A DNA stretch of 64,000 nucleotides from Planctomycetota bacterium (GCA_965223545.1 OZ245006.1:5120001-5184000), one strand, 5' to 3'. Shown: positions 31,293-42,142, numbered from the stretch's first letter. Notes: generated from the letters alone by a model not told the origin. Translations and numbers: made by a program.

Positions 31293-31987
31293 CGCGGGCG
31301 CGGTTGTTGGTGATCGAGGACGACGCCACTCTGCGCGATGGTCTGCGCGCCGCGCTGCGCAGCGAGGACTTCGAAGTGCACACCGCGTCGGACGGCGAGG
31401 CTGGTGCCCGACGGCTGGCGGAGGAGCAGTTCGATCTGGTGCTGCTCGATCTGATGCTGCCACGGCGCAGTGGGCTCGACGTGCTCCGCGGTCTGCGCGC
31501 GCGCGACACCGACACTCCGGTCCTGATCCTCACCGCGCGGGGTGAGGAGTCCGACAAGGTGCTCGGCCTCGAGCTCGGCGCCGATGACTACGTCACCAAG
31601 CCGTTCGGCATCCGCGAGCTCGTCGCCCGCGTGCGCGTGCAGCTGCGCCGGGGGCGCAAGGCTGTCGATGATGCACCGGCGCCGTTTCGCCTCGGCGATC
31701 GGAAGATCGATCTGGCAGCGTATCGGATCCTGCATGAGGACGGTGGCGAGCGCGCGTTGTCGCCCCGCGAAGCCGGCATCCTCGGACTCCTGTATCGGGC
31801 CCGCGGGCGGGCGGTGTCGCGCGCCGAGATCCTCGATGCCGTCTGGGGCAGTGGTCGCTACGTGTCCAACCGCGGCATCGACACCCACGTGCTGCACCTG
31901 CGGCAGAAGGTCGAGGCCGACCCGCGCCGGCCGCGCTTCCTGCTGACGGTGCACGGCGTCGGCTACCGCCTCGACCTCGATGCGTGA
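31289..31987 (+). CDS. OmpR/PhoB-family response regulator
   Basis: LVIEDD, LLDLMLP, ILTA, GADDYVTKPF, TVHGVGY; GTG overlaps kinase stop. Confidence 0.95.
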   Translation: MTRARLLVIEDDATLRDGLRAALRSEDFEVHTASDGEAGARRLAEEQFDLVLLDLMLPRRSGLDVLRGLRARDTDTPVLILTARGEESDKVLGLELGADDYVTKPFGIRELVARVRVQLRRGRKAVDDAPAPFRLGDRKIDLAAYRILHEDGGERALSPREAGILGLLYRARGRAVSRAEILDAVWGSGRYVSNRGIDTHVLHLRQKVEADPRRPRFLLTVHGVGYRLDLDA

Positions 31988-32002
31988 GGCGCCGGTGATC
32001 GG

Positions 32003-34990
32003 TCACTGCCGCCAGTAGCTGCCGAGCACCTGCACGCCGGGCGCGGGCACGGTCGCGACGCGGCGCCCGCTACCGACCTCGAGGACGTCGACCACGCCGG
32101 CGTCGGCGAGGCCGACGAACAAGAACTTCGGCTCCAGGGCGGGGCGCGGTGGACCGTTGAGCTTGACGGTGCCCTTGCCCGAATGGCCCAGGGGATTGGA
32201 CGACTTCAACAAGCTGCCGCTCACCTGGTCCGGTGCTGCGCCCCAGTTGAAGATCTCGTCGTACGCGAGATCGACCGGCGCGTTGCCGGACAGCTGCTCG
32301 CGCACCGGCGTGGACGGGTTGCCGCCGCCGTAGCGCTGCGTGACCCGCCACACTTTTTGCCGGAAGGTCGGCGGCAGCGTCACTCCACCGGCCGTCGGCG
32401 CGGTCGGGCGCGGACCGATCGGAGACGACGTCAGCTCGAGGCGTGAGATCTGACCGAGGCCGCGGGGATCGCGGTGCGCGACCAGAGCGCCCGACATGCC
32501 CGCCAGAGGATCGTGCACGATGCGCGTGGCGCCGTCGAACCGCACTCCCGGCACCTGACCGGTGATGTCGTCGAAGCCTAGGCCGTTGATGCCCGCGGGG
32601 CCGGACTCGTAGATCGCCACCGTGCCGTCGCGGTTGAGCAGGTAGGCGTAGTAGAGCTGAGACGTGTTGCCGGTCAGGGAGTAGCGCTCGGTGACGGCCA
32701 GATCGATCGGCTCGCTCAGCGAGCCGCTCAGCACTTTGCGCACCGAGAAGTCCGGCTGCAGCAGGCTCAGTGCATTGGCACCGGGGCTGAGGACGAGGAT
32801 GGCCTCGCCGTCGGGTTGGTAGGCCACCTTCGTCGGCCCGGGCTCGACCCTGGTCTCGCCGATGATCTGGTGGAAGCCGGGGCTCAGCGGGTTGATGTCG
32901 ATGAACGTGACCGAGTCCGAGCCGAAGTTGGTGACCGCGAGAACGCGCAGGTCGGGCGCGATCGCCATATCGGTCGGGTCGCTGGTGTGGATCGAGTCGA
33001 GCACGGTCATGCGGTTGCTGTTGAGCACCAACACCTTCCTTTGATCCCGGTCGAGCACGTAGAGGAAGTGGCCGACCTGCTGGCGGGAGCTGTAGGGGCA
33101 GAACGGTGTCGGCGGCGGCGGCGAGGCCGGTGGTGGCTGTGGTCCTGCGAACACACCGAGGACGGCGCCGCCGAAGACGCCGATCTGGCCCGGAGTGTTC
33201 GCGTTCGGGTTGCCCTTGCCGAGGAGGTTGACCGGCGACGCGAAGCACGGCGGGGAGGCGAGCACGATCCGACCCGGGGGGCCCTGCGTGGACGTCACCG
33301 TCGGCTCGTCGGTGAAGATGCCGCGCGCCGGGTTGGGCGGCGGAAACACCAGCCGCGGGGGGTTGGGGTGCGGCGCAAGCGAGATCGTGTTGCCGGGTTG
33401 GTTGACGCCGACGATCGGGTTGTCCTGCAGCGCGCCGCTGGCGTTGCGGTTGATGTTCTCGTTGTTGAAGACCAGATCGAGGGGCTGCCCGATCTGGATG
33501 TCGCCCACGTGCACCAGCAACGGGTCGCGGACCAGCCGAGTTTGCCCGCGCGCGCTCTCGGTCAGCGTGAACACGCCGGCGCCGCCGCCGTCGATCGCGC
33601 TGGAACCCGGCTGCAGCGGGGGAAAGACCGGTTGGCCGAGGTTCGGGTTGAGGGAGAACCGCGACTTTGCCGGATCGCCGGTGCCCTGGCCGAAGCCGTT
33701 GAGGTCCATTACCGACACCCCCGGGTTGGAGCCCGACAAGCCGATGTACAGCGCTTCCGGCGCCACCGGTGCATTGACCAGATCCGGACCCGCGCCGGTC
33801 GTGAAATCCGTGGTCGCATCCGCACCGAGGGCCATGCCGTGCAGCGACCGCACCGTCGCGGCATTGACGGTCACCGTGATCTTGGTGTCGCCCTCGAGCG
33901 GCCACGCCGGGCGCAGCGCGTAGCGCGTGAAGTCGCCAAACGACACCGGGTCGGCGTGGTAGGGCACGGTGTACCGCTTGCCGCCCGTTTCGGCGGCCAG
34001 CGTCACGCCGCCCGCCGGCGGCGTCGGGTTGCCGGTGACGAACAGCGCGCCGACGCTGCTCGGCCGCACTGGCTTGTCGAATTGGATGACGATCTCGGTG
34101 GCGGGATCGACGCCGGTCTCGCCGTTGCCGGGCTGGATCGATGGCGGCCGACCGGCGCTGACGCCGAGCACGTCGGCGGGGTGCGGGTCCGGCCCCACCG
34201 TCGTCGCGGTCTGCACCTCGTGCGTCAGCGGCGCGCCGTGCAGATCGCGCACCGCGGCGGAGACGCCGATGCGCAGCAGCCGGTCGCGCGGGAAGGTCTC
34301 CAACGTCGCCAGATCACCGTCTTTGTCGGCGACGAAGACGAACGCCGAGGGTGCGACCAGTGCTGTATCGCCGGGAAAGCCGCTTGGGAAGCCGTTGGCC
34401 ACCGGGTCGACGACTTCCAAGCGACCGCCCCGGTCGACGACGGCGGTGACCAGCTCGAGGCCACCGCCGCGTTGGACCACGGTCTTGCCGCCGACGAACG
34501 CGCGGCCGGCGAGGGGTTCGGTGCGCTCGGTGTCTTCGTCGTACGTCGTCAGCGCGATCGCCGTCGTCAGGCCCGCACTCGTCTGGGCGGCGAGCTGTGT
34601 GCTCAGCACACTCTGCTCGTCGAGCGCGTGGCTGAACGAGATCGCGAGGTACTGATTGCCGGCCCGGCCGTCGGGAAGCGTCGCCGTGGTGCCGAAGGCC
34701 GCGACCGGCAGCACCGGGTTGGTCGGCGTCTGGTTGCGCCGCAAGACGTCGATGCTGTCGATGTTGACCACCGCCGTCGTCGCCGTGCCGTTGGCGCCGA
34801 CTTGGCGGATGCGATGCGGATAGACCTGACCCAAGCCGGTGGTCACACTCCGTACCGAGAAAGGGCCGCGATTGTTGGGATCTCCCGCGCCGCCCGATCC
34901 ACAACCGGCCAGCGCCAACGCGGAGATCGCGATGCCGACGCCGGCGCATCGCCTGGGGCGCAAAAACGATGGGGAGTGGGTGTTGTTCAT
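32003..34990 (-). CDS. Large lipoprotein with Ig-like (Big_5-like) domain and YVTN-type beta-propeller
   Basis: Lipobox LAG-C; PGNGETGVDP..IVIQFDKP; AVTNFGSDSVTFID. Start uncertain (34990 or 35047). Confidence 0.65.
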   Translation of the reverse strand: MNNTHSPSFLRPRRCAGVGIAISALALAGCGSGGAGDPNNRGPFSVRSVTTGLGQVYPHRIRQVGANGTATTAVVNIDSIDVLRRNQTPTNPVLPVAAFGTTATLPDGRAGNQYLAISFSHALDEQSVLSTQLAAQTSAGLTTAIALTTYDEDTERTEPLAGRAFVGGKTVVQRGGGLELVTAVVDRGGRLEVVDPVANGFPSGFPGDTALVAPSAFVFVADKDGDLATLETFPRDRLLRIGVSAAVRDLHGAPLTHEVQTATTVGPDPHPADVLGVSAGRPPSIQPGNGETGVDPATEIVIQFDKPVRPSSVGALFVTGNPTPPAGGVTLAAETGGKRYTVPYHADPVSFGDFTRYALRPAWPLEGDTKITVTVNAATVRSLHGMALGADATTDFTTGAGPDLVNAPVAPEALYIGLSGSNPGVSVMDLNGFGQGTGDPAKSRFSLNPNLGQPVFPPLQPGSSAIDGGGAGVFTLTESARGQTRLVRDPLLVHVGDIQIGQPLDLVFNNENINRNASGALQDNPIVGVNQPGNTISLAPHPNPPRLVFPPPNPARGIFTDEPTVTSTQGPPGRIVLASPPCFASPVNLLGKGNPNANTPGQIGVFGGAVLGVFAGPQPPPASPPPPTPFCPYSSRQQVGHFLYVLDRDQRKVLVLNSNRMTVLDSIHTSDPTDMAIAPDLRVLAVTNFGSDSVTFIDINPLSPGFHQIIGETRVEPGPTKVAYQPDGEAILVLSPGANALSLLQPDFSVRKVLSGSLSEPIDLAVTERYSLTGNTSQLYYAYLLNRDGTVAIYESGPAGINGLGFDDITGQVPGVRFDGATRIVHDPLAGMSGALVAHRDPRGLGQISRLELTSSPIGPRPTAPTAGGVTLPPTFRQKVWRVTQRYGGGNPSTPVREQLSGNAPVDLAYDEIFNWGAAPDQVSGSLLKSSNPLGHSGKGTVKLNGPPRPALEPKFLFVGLADAGVVDVLEVGSGRRVATVPAPGVQVLGSYWRQ

Positions 34991-35234
34991 GCTTGCAGAG
35001 CTCGCTGGTTCGTGGGCGGGTGCCGTAGTCACTGGTGGCGTGCTCATCACTCGTTCGGGTTGGCGGCCCGGGTGCAACGAACCGCGCAATCTCGCGGTCC
35101 GCGGGCGGCTCTGCGGAAGTGCACGAGTTTTCGGCGGTCGATTGGTGGCGAGCGGCAACCGGTGGCGAGGAGCGCGGCGCCTCGGACGCACGGCCCCGCG
35201 AACGCGTGCGGCTGCAGCTCCGAGGTTGATTCGC

Positions 35235-36665
35235 ATGAGGCATCCCAAACAACACCCCTCGGCCGCGGCGCGGTCGGTCTTCCTCTTCGGTCTCGCCTTG
35301 CTGCCCCTGGTTCATCTGCGTGCGCAAACGCAGTGGCGTCGCCTCGCGATCGGCGCCAGTCCGCCGCCGCGGCATCAGGCATCGATGGCATACGACCCGG
35401 TCCGCGATCGTTGCCTGATGGTCGGTGGAATCGGCGACGCCGGGCCCACCATCGCCGATGCGTGGGAGTGGGACGGCTCCGCTTGGCAGCGCGTGCCGTA
35501 CCCCGTGCGCTTCGGACATTTCAGTCCGCCGATGGCGCATGACCCGGTGGGCGGCGGCATTCTCGTCCTGCTGTTCGACAATGCTGGTCTGCCGTCGACT
35601 TGGCGGTGGAACGGCGGCTGGACCCAGGTCGCCACCGCCGCGCAGTCCCCGCCGCTGGGGTCGTTCGCCGAGAGTGCCATCTCCACCGCACCGGGGGGCG
35701 TCCTGGTCTTCGGGGGCGGTTCCTTGCCGATGGACGAGACTTGGTTTTGGGACGGCGCGCGTTGGACGCGGCAGGGCTCGGTGGTCACGCCGCCGGGCCG
35801 CCGCGCCGCGCACATGGCCTATGACGCGCGCCGCCAACGCGTGCTGATGTCGGGAGGGACCGTGCCGCCGGTGCTCTTCAACGACACCTGGTCGTGGGAT
35901 CGCCGCAACGGGTGGACGCCGGTCGCGGTCGGTCCGTCGCCGTCGTTCTGGCGCATGGAGTACGACCACCGGCGCGATCGCATGGTCAAGGTCGGCTGGG
36001 GTGGTGGGCCGTCGTCGGGGTCGCCCGGGGGGCCGCCGTCGGGCTATGCCTTCGGCACCTACGAGTTCGATGGTGGGGCGGTGCGCTGGGACGCGCGCGC
36101 GCCGGTGGGTGCGCCGAGTGGTCGGTCGGGCTTCGCGATGGCCTACGACCAAGCGCGCGGCCAGGTGGTGATGTTCGGCGGCTTCCCCGGCATGGCAACG
36201 GACGAGACCTGGGTGTACGAGCCAGTGGTCGCGGCTTCGTTTCAGACCAACGGGCCGGGCTGCAGCGGCGCGGGCTTACCCGCTCTGACGACCACCATGG
36301 CGAGCGGGCTGCCGTGGTCGGGGCAGCGGTTCGAAGTCGCGGTGTCCAACGTCCCCGGTCCGACGCGTGTTCCGGTCGCTCGGCTGATGATGGTCGGTGG
36401 CTCGATCTCGCGGTGGGGCGCGGTGGCGTTGCCGCTCGACCTCGGCGGGTTCGGCCTTCCAGGCTGCCGGTTGCTGGTCAGTCCCGACGTCATCTCTCCA
36501 CTGGTCGCGTTGCCCGGCGGAGGCTGGGGCTGGGCCGCCGACATCCCGCCGTCGCCGGGATTGCTCGGCCGGTCGTTCTACCTTCAGGCGCTGGTGTCTT
36601 CGGTCGCGCAGCCGGCGCAGCTCGTGGTGAGCGACGCGGGCCTGGCGCTCATCGGCGGTCTGTAG
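35235..36665 (+). CDS. Exported Kelch/galactose-oxidase-like repeat protein with C-terminal beta domain
   Basis: Repeats MAYD..R...LM.GG...DTW.WDG..W; signal peptide. Confidence 0.8.
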   Translation: MRHPKQHPSAAARSVFLFGLALLPLVHLRAQTQWRRLAIGASPPPRHQASMAYDPVRDRCLMVGGIGDAGPTIADAWEWDGSAWQRVPYPVRFGHFSPPMAHDPVGGGILVLLFDNAGLPSTWRWNGGWTQVATAAQSPPLGSFAESAISTAPGGVLVFGGGSLPMDETWFWDGARWTRQGSVVTPPGRRAAHMAYDARRQRVLMSGGTVPPVLFNDTWSWDRRNGWTPVAVGPSPSFWRMEYDHRRDRMVKVGWGGGPSSGSPGGPPSGYAFGTYEFDGGAVRWDARAPVGAPSGRSGFAMAYDQARGQVVMFGGFPGMATDETWVYEPVVAASFQTNGPGCSGAGLPALTTTMASGLPWSGQRFEVAVSNVPGPTRVPVARLMMVGGSISRWGAVALPLDLGGFGLPGCRLLVSPDVISPLVALPGGGWGWAADIPPSPGLLGRSFYLQALVSSVAQPAQLVVSDAGLALIGGL

Positions 36666-37104
36666 CGCGGTGGTCGCCGCTGCCGGGATCGGTGGTGAAC
36701 AGCACCTGCAGGCGTCTACCGGTTGCGTCGCCGTTGAGGAGATCCGGCGGCAGCGCGAGCCGGAGCTCGAGGGGGCCCTGCCCCGGAATCTGCACGGTGA
36801 TCGGCCGTGGACCGTTCTCGTCGACCACGACGCGATGCACGCCGCCGCCGCGCTCCGTCCCGTCGTGCAGCAACCGGACCTCGACCGAGAGCGTGCGCAA
36901 GGTGCGTGCGGTGGCGTAGCCCGCTCCGGCGCACGCCGCCAGCACCGGTGCGAGCAGCCACAGCTGACGGCGGCGCCGCCGCGTCTCGGTCGATCGCCGC
37001 GCGCGGAGCTGCTCGCGGAGCTGCGCTGGCGCCGGCGACCCGAACCAGTGCTGCTCCGCCAAGCGGGCGAGCGCGGCGTCCAGCTCCGCCACGGTCAGCG
37101 CCAT
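36649..37104 (-). CDS. Small single-TM protein, putative anti-sigma factor
   Basis: Overlaps the stop of the upstream ECF; basic patch then TM LWLLAPVLAACAGAGYA. Confidence 0.55.
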   Translation of the reverse strand: MALTVAELDAALARLAEQHWFGSPAPAQLREQLRARRSTETRRRRRQLWLLAPVLAACAGAGYATARTLRTLSVEVRLLHDGTERGGGVHRVVVDENGPRPITVQIPGQGPLELRLALPPDLLNGDATGRRLQVLFTTDPGSGDHRATDRR

Positions 37105-37685
37105 GGAGTGCTCCGGCGGTCGAGGACCTGACGCAGAGTGGCTCGAGCCCGGGACAGCCGCGACTTGGCCGTGCCCTCGGCGATGGCGAGGGTCTTGGCG
37201 ACTTCCTTCAACGGGATCCCCTCGAGGCAATGCAGCGAGACCACCGCTTGTTGGCTAGCCGGCAGGGAGTCGATCGCGGCGCGGGTGTGGCGCAGCTCGT
37301 CGCGGCTGTCGGCCGACCGATCGGGCGCGGCGTGCGTGGGGAACAGTGGCGCCAGCAGCGCGCGGGTGCGCCGCTCCAGAGTGCGCCGTCGGAGGTGGCG
37401 GGAGACCGTGAACGTCGCGATGCCCAGCAGCCAGAACTCGATGCCGACATCGCCGCGGAACTGCCGCCGGTTGCGAAACGCAGCCAAGAACACTTCGGCG
37501 GTCAGCTCGTCGGTGGCATCGCGTTGGCCGAGCCGGCGATAGATGTGCGCGGCGATGCGGCGGTAGTGCTGCTCGTAGATCGCGACGAAGCGGTCCGTCG
37601 CGGGGCCCGTTGGCGCGGCCGGGCGCGCCGACCCCGCCAGTCGGGTCAGGGGGGCGTGGCTCTGCGGAACGGGGCAATCGGACAT
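37095..37685 (-). CDS. ECF RNA polymerase sigma factor
   Basis: DELTAEVFL.AF, FWLLGIA, LP..QQAVVSL...EG....EVA..L....GTAKSRLSRAR. Confidence 0.9.
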   Translation of the reverse strand: MSDCPVPQSHAPLTRLAGSARPAAPTGPATDRFVAIYEQHYRRIAAHIYRRLGQRDATDELTAEVFLAAFRNRRQFRGDVGIEFWLLGIATFTVSRHLRRRTLERRTRALLAPLFPTHAAPDRSADSRDELRHTRAAIDSLPASQQAVVSLHCLEGIPLKEVAKTLAIAEGTAKSRLSRARATLRQVLDRRSTPWR

Positions 37686-37775
37686 CGAGGCCAACGTAGT
37701 GTCTCGAATGCGGCGTGGGTTCCCGACAAAGTTCGATGGTGGAACCCGGTCGACGGTCGGGATACTCCCGTTGGC

Positions 37776-39113
37776 ATGTGGGCTTTCGGTGCCGAGCGTT
37801 CGCTGTCGGCCGCCGTTGCGGCGGCGCTTCTCTGGGGTGTGAGCACGCCCGCCCAGTCGGGCGTAGTGCCGTGGAGCGAGGTGCTGGGTGCTCCGCGCGG
37901 CGCCTGGCCCGAGCCCGCCGACGCAGTCGTCTGGCGCGACGATCTGCCCACGGCGTTGCGCGAGGCACGCGACAGCGGAAGACCGCTGTTCGTCACCTTG
38001 CGATGCCTGCCGTGCCAGCAGTGCGCCGCCTTCGACCAAGATGTGCTCGAAGGTGGGGAGGAGCTCTCGCCCCTGCTCTCGCGGTTCGTCACCGTGCGGT
38101 TGACCGACGCGGCGCAGATCGACTTGACGCGGCTGCCGGTGGAGGGGTTCCAGGATCTGGACTTGTCCTGGTGGGGGTACTTCTTGTCGCCGCGCGCCGA
38201 GCTGTACGGCGTGTTCGGTGGCCGCGACCACGTGTCGGACGCGACGCGCATCAGCGCGCCCGCCCTCGTCAACGCGCTGCGCCGCGTGCTGGATCACCAC
38301 TCGGACCCGCGCCGCGAAGGCTGGGGCATCGACGGACCGCCGGTCGCCGCCGACCGCGCCGCGCGCACGCCGCTCGAGCTGGCCGGCTACGGCTCCTGGC
38401 GCGAGCGCAACCCGCAGGCGGCGGCACAGACCTGCTTGCACTGTCACCAGGTCGCCGAGGTGCTCCGCCAGCCGGCGCTCGACGAGGCGCGGTTCGACAA
38501 GGCGCGGGCCATGGCGGTCTGGCCGCTGCCGGAGAATGTCGGGATCACCTTGGATCGCGATGACGGGCTGTTGGTGACCGCTGTCGCGCCGGACTCGGCC
38601 GCGGCGGCGGCGGGGGTTGAGGTCGGTGATCGCTTGGCGGCGGCCGGCGGGCGGCGCTTGTTCAGCCAGACCGACTTTCGCGGGGTGCTCCACCGCGGCG
38701 CCGACCCGGCGGGCGAGATCACCCTGCGTTGGCTGCGCGGTGCGCGCGCCATGCACGGTCGCCTTCGCCTGGCATCCGGCTGGCGTCGCACGGTTCTCGA
38801 CTGGCGCATGTCGATCTCCCAGGGCAACGTCGGCGCCGACCCGGGGTTCTTCCCGCTGGCGGCGCGCGGCGAGGCCGACGGCATGGCGGTGACGCCGTTC
38901 TTTGGCCGTGACGCGGCGCGCAGCGCCGCGTACGCGGCCGGCCTGCGGCCACACCACGTCGTCGTGGCGGTGGATGGAGTGCGCGACCGCATGGCGGGCC
39001 GCTCGTTCCTGGTGTGGTTTCGGCTTCGCTACGACCCGGGCGACGCCGTCGTGTTCACGGTGCGCGACGGTGGTGAGGAGCGCGACATCCGCGTCGTCCT
39101 GGGCTCGCGCTAG
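37776..39113 (+). CDS. Thioredoxin_7-like / CxxCH / PDZ domain protein
   Basis: WRDDL..AL.EA...GRPLFVTLRCLPCQQC; TCLHCHQ; PDZ-like V.PDSAAAAAGVEVGD and SAAYAAGLRP. Confidence 0.75.
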   Translation: MWAFGAERSLSAAVAAALLWGVSTPAQSGVVPWSEVLGAPRGAWPEPADAVVWRDDLPTALREARDSGRPLFVTLRCLPCQQCAAFDQDVLEGGEELSPLLSRFVTVRLTDAAQIDLTRLPVEGFQDLDLSWWGYFLSPRAELYGVFGGRDHVSDATRISAPALVNALRRVLDHHSDPRREGWGIDGPPVAADRAARTPLELAGYGSWRERNPQAAAQTCLHCHQVAEVLRQPALDEARFDKARAMAVWPLPENVGITLDRDDGLLVTAVAPDSAAAAAGVEVGDRLAAAGGRRLFSQTDFRGVLHRGADPAGEITLRWLRGARAMHGRLRLASGWRRTVLDWRMSISQGNVGADPGFFPLAARGEADGMAVTPFFGRDAARSAAYAAGLRPHHVVVAVDGVRDRMAGRSFLVWFRLRYDPGDAVVFTVRDGGEERDIRVVLGSR

Positions 39114-39226
39114 CGTGGGCGGCGGGTGGCTCGCGCGCCGGTGCCGGCGGGGTCTCGATCGTTTCTCGACATCGGCGCGAGCCGAGCCCGACAACCGAGG
39201 ACCGCGGTTAGGCTCCAGTCGTGCGC

Positions 39227-42142
39227 ATGCAGCGAGCTCTTCATTGGTGGTGTCTCCTCGTGTGTGCGCTGGCGCCGGCCGGCGCCGCGCAGGAGTTGCC
39301 GGTCTCCGAGGCGTTGGCGCGGGCGGTGGTCTTGGACGAGCAAGAGCACGACGCGCGGGGTGCCCTCGCCGCCTATCTCGCGGTCGCGGATGACGAGGCC
39401 GAGGGGGATGGTGTGCGCCGGCACGCGGCGCTGCGCGCGGCGGTGATCCAGCGGCGGCTCGGCGTCGACGAGGCCGAAGTGCGCGCGCTGCTGGAGCGCG
39501 CGATCGGTGGGGAGGGAGTGGCTGCCGATGATGGAGTGGCGGAACGTGCGCGGGCGCTGTTGGCGCAGCCGCTGGAGGCGGAGGCGAGGGCGCGGGAGCT
39601 GCACGCGCGCGCGGCGGCGCTGTGCGCGCGCATTGCCGACACGCCGGGGCAGGAGGCGGAGCTCGTGCAGGATCTGCTGTGGTTGGGAGAAGCGGCGGTC
39701 CCCGCGGTGATCGATGCGCTTTCGACCGCGCTGGATCAACCGTACGCCGGCGCCCCTCGCAGCGTCGTGTTTGCGCAAGTTCTGTGGCAGTTGGGGGGGA
39801 CGCGTGCGGCGGCTTTCCTGCGCCGGAAGCGCGATGCACCGGAGGAGCACCGGCTCGTGCTCGCGGAAGCCAGCAGAGTGGTGGCGCCCGACCTGGTTGA
39901 AGAGCACGCGGCACTCCTCGTCGATGCGGATGCGGCCGTGGTCCAAGCTGTCGTGGACCGCTTGCCGAAGCACGGCGTGACGCTGCGGCCGGCCCAGCTG
40001 GTCGCGGCGTTGGACCATGAGTCCGTCGAGGTCAGAGTTCGAGTTCTCGAGTACCTGCGGGGGCACCTGCACTTCTGCGAGGGCGCGCGAATGTCGGCGT
40101 TCGTCGAGCGTCTGGTGCCGCGACTGGGGCTCGCCCTGGACAGCGTCGATCCGGCCGAGGGCCGGGTGGCGGTGCGCGTCCTGCGTGCAATCGCAATGCA
40201 GACCCGTTCGTCTCGCCACCTGCTGATGGATCGATTGACGAGCGGGCCGCTGACGGGGGCGCAGCGCGACGCCTTGGTTCTGTCCAACGGCCAGACGTAC
40301 GAGCCGCGCGTCCCGGTCTCGATCGGGTCCGCCGAGGACGTCGATCGCGTCGGTGCGATGCTTGTCGCGTTGCGGGACTCGGTCGATGGTGAGTCCGCGG
40401 GTACTCTCTCGAACGGTCTCATCCCCCAGCTACTGAAGCTCTACATGAACGCGTGGCAGCGGCCAGCGCTGCCCGTGGTCGTGAGTGCATACCAGCTCCG
40501 TGCACTGCACCCGAATCTGGTCTACCAGTGGCTGCGCGACCACGCGGCCGCGGACGACGTCGCCGAGGTCCTCGGGCAGATCGAGGGCATGCCGTTCGAC
40601 CCTTCTCTGCTCAACGCGCTGCCAACGGGTGCCGCGCACTGGCCGTTGATTCGCGCTTGGGCAGAGCGTTCCGGTGTGCAGCCGGGGGGGGACGGCGACG
40701 CCGTTGCCGCTGTGCTGTACCGGGCGAGTCGGGCCGCGACACCGGATGCATTGGCGCTGGTGCGGGCGTGGTTGAGCCGGCCGGCAGTCGCCAAGCACTG
40801 GGAGGCTTGTCTCAGCGGACTGCTGGAGTCTGGCGGACAGTCCAATGCCCCCGGCGTGGCGGCGTTGATGCACGAATTGGCAGTGTGGCCGGTCGAGGAC
40901 AGTTCGCGCGAGCACCGGTTTCGCAACGGCGTGGTCGCGTGGCTGACCCGGCAGGGCGACGTGCGCCTGGCAGAGATCACCGAGGCGGTGGTCTCCATGG
41001 TTGGGAATCACCAGGACTCCTACGTCCCCGGCGTGGATGCGTCCCGCGTAGAGCAGGCGCTGCCGCTGACGCCCGGTGGTACCCGTCAGGCCCGCCGGTG
41101 GCCGACCGGGGCGGAGTGGCTCATCGCCGGCGCGTGGCGCGGCAACGTCTGGCAGCCGTGGCACGGCTTCGACGAAGCCCAGTGGATCGAGCTGCTTCGG
41201 CCTCGGGCAAGCAACGACCTCAAGTTTGCCGCGCGCGCCTTTGCTGCGGGAGGCAGCGCGCAGGGTTACGGCGTGGCCACTCCAGCTCTGGTCGACCTGG
41301 TCGCGGAGGTCTGCCTGCGCGCGCTGCGTGCGGGGCGCGCGGACAAGTTGCTGCACGACGCAGCGCGTGCGGTGCTCGGCGCCGCCCGGCAGGCGGCCTA
41401 TGAGGGCGAGCGCGTCGGCACGCTTTGGCGGGAGCTCTTGTTGTCCGGGCAAGCGCAGCTGCAGAAGGCCGCGCTGGGATGGCTCGCCGGTCCGCCGGAG
41501 CCCGCCCAACACCGCACGCTGCTCGATGCGCTCGGCCGGACGGTCGACCGGCAAGTCGCCGAGGAGATCGCCGCCGCGCTGCGCACGGGCGGCGCCGAGC
41601 TCTCGGTCGAGGACTTGGCCCGGGCCCTGCAGAGCGATCGAGCGCCGGTGCTGGAGGTGGTGTTGGCCAAGCTCGCGCCGCAGCTCGGGGCGGCCGCGCT
41701 GCCGCAAGTGTTGCCGGTGCTACAGCGCGAGCCGGGTGCCGTCCGCGCCGCCGCCTGCGCCTATCTCGGCAGCCTCGGCGACCTCCGCGCCGTGCCGCCC
41801 CTGCTGGTCGCGCTGCGCGATGCCGATGCCGGTGTGCGCGCCGCGGCGACCGAGGCGCTGCGCGCGGTGCGCTTCTACCACGAGCAGAAGGCGCACTGGG
41901 ATCGCGTCGCCGCTGGCCAACCGCAGTTGTCCAGCCAGGCCGCCGCGGCGGCGCTGCTGCAGCAGGCCTCCGCCGATCAGCCGCGCGCGCGTCGGCTGCT
42001 GGCGATCGCGGCGTTGGGCCGGCTCGGGGTGCCCGAGGCGTTGCCGCAGCTGATCGAGTGGGTCGACGACGCTGATGCGGAGATTGCGGCGGCTGCGACC
42101 GCGGCCATCGCGCAGGTCCAAGCCGGCGGCAAGGCGCGGTAG
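39227..42142 (+). CDS. Exported HEAT-repeat protein
   Basis: Signal peptide; VRAAAC.YLG.LGD.RAVPPLLVAL.D.D.GVR.AA.EAL repeats. Confidence 0.72.
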   Translation: MQRALHWWCLLVCALAPAGAAQELPVSEALARAVVLDEQEHDARGALAAYLAVADDEAEGDGVRRHAALRAAVIQRRLGVDEAEVRALLERAIGGEGVAADDGVAERARALLAQPLEAEARARELHARAAALCARIADTPGQEAELVQDLLWLGEAAVPAVIDALSTALDQPYAGAPRSVVFAQVLWQLGGTRAAAFLRRKRDAPEEHRLVLAEASRVVAPDLVEEHAALLVDADAAVVQAVVDRLPKHGVTLRPAQLVAALDHESVEVRVRVLEYLRGHLHFCEGARMSAFVERLVPRLGLALDSVDPAEGRVAVRVLRAIAMQTRSSRHLLMDRLTSGPLTGAQRDALVLSNGQTYEPRVPVSIGSAEDVDRVGAMLVALRDSVDGESAGTLSNGLIPQLLKLYMNAWQRPALPVVVSAYQLRALHPNLVYQWLRDHAAADDVAEVLGQIEGMPFDPSLLNALPTGAAHWPLIRAWAERSGVQPGGDGDAVAAVLYRASRAATPDALALVRAWLSRPAVAKHWEACLSGLLESGGQSNAPGVAALMHELAVWPVEDSSREHRFRNGVVAWLTRQGDVRLAEITEAVVSMVGNHQDSYVPGVDASRVEQALPLTPGGTRQARRWPTGAEWLIAGAWRGNVWQPWHGFDEAQWIELLRPRASNDLKFAARAFAAGGSAQGYGVATPALVDLVAEVCLRALRAGRADKLLHDAARAVLGAARQAAYEGERVGTLWRELLLSGQAQLQKAALGWLAGPPEPAQHRTLLDALGRTVDRQVAEEIAAALRTGGAELSVEDLARALQSDRAPVLEVVLAKLAPQLGAAALPQVLPVLQREPGAVRAAACAYLGSLGDLRAVPPLLVALRDADAGVRAAATEALRAVRFYHEQKAHWDRVAAGQPQLSSQAAAAALLQQASADQPRARRLLAIAALGRLGVPEALPQLIEWVDDADAEIAAAATAAIAQVQAGGKAR

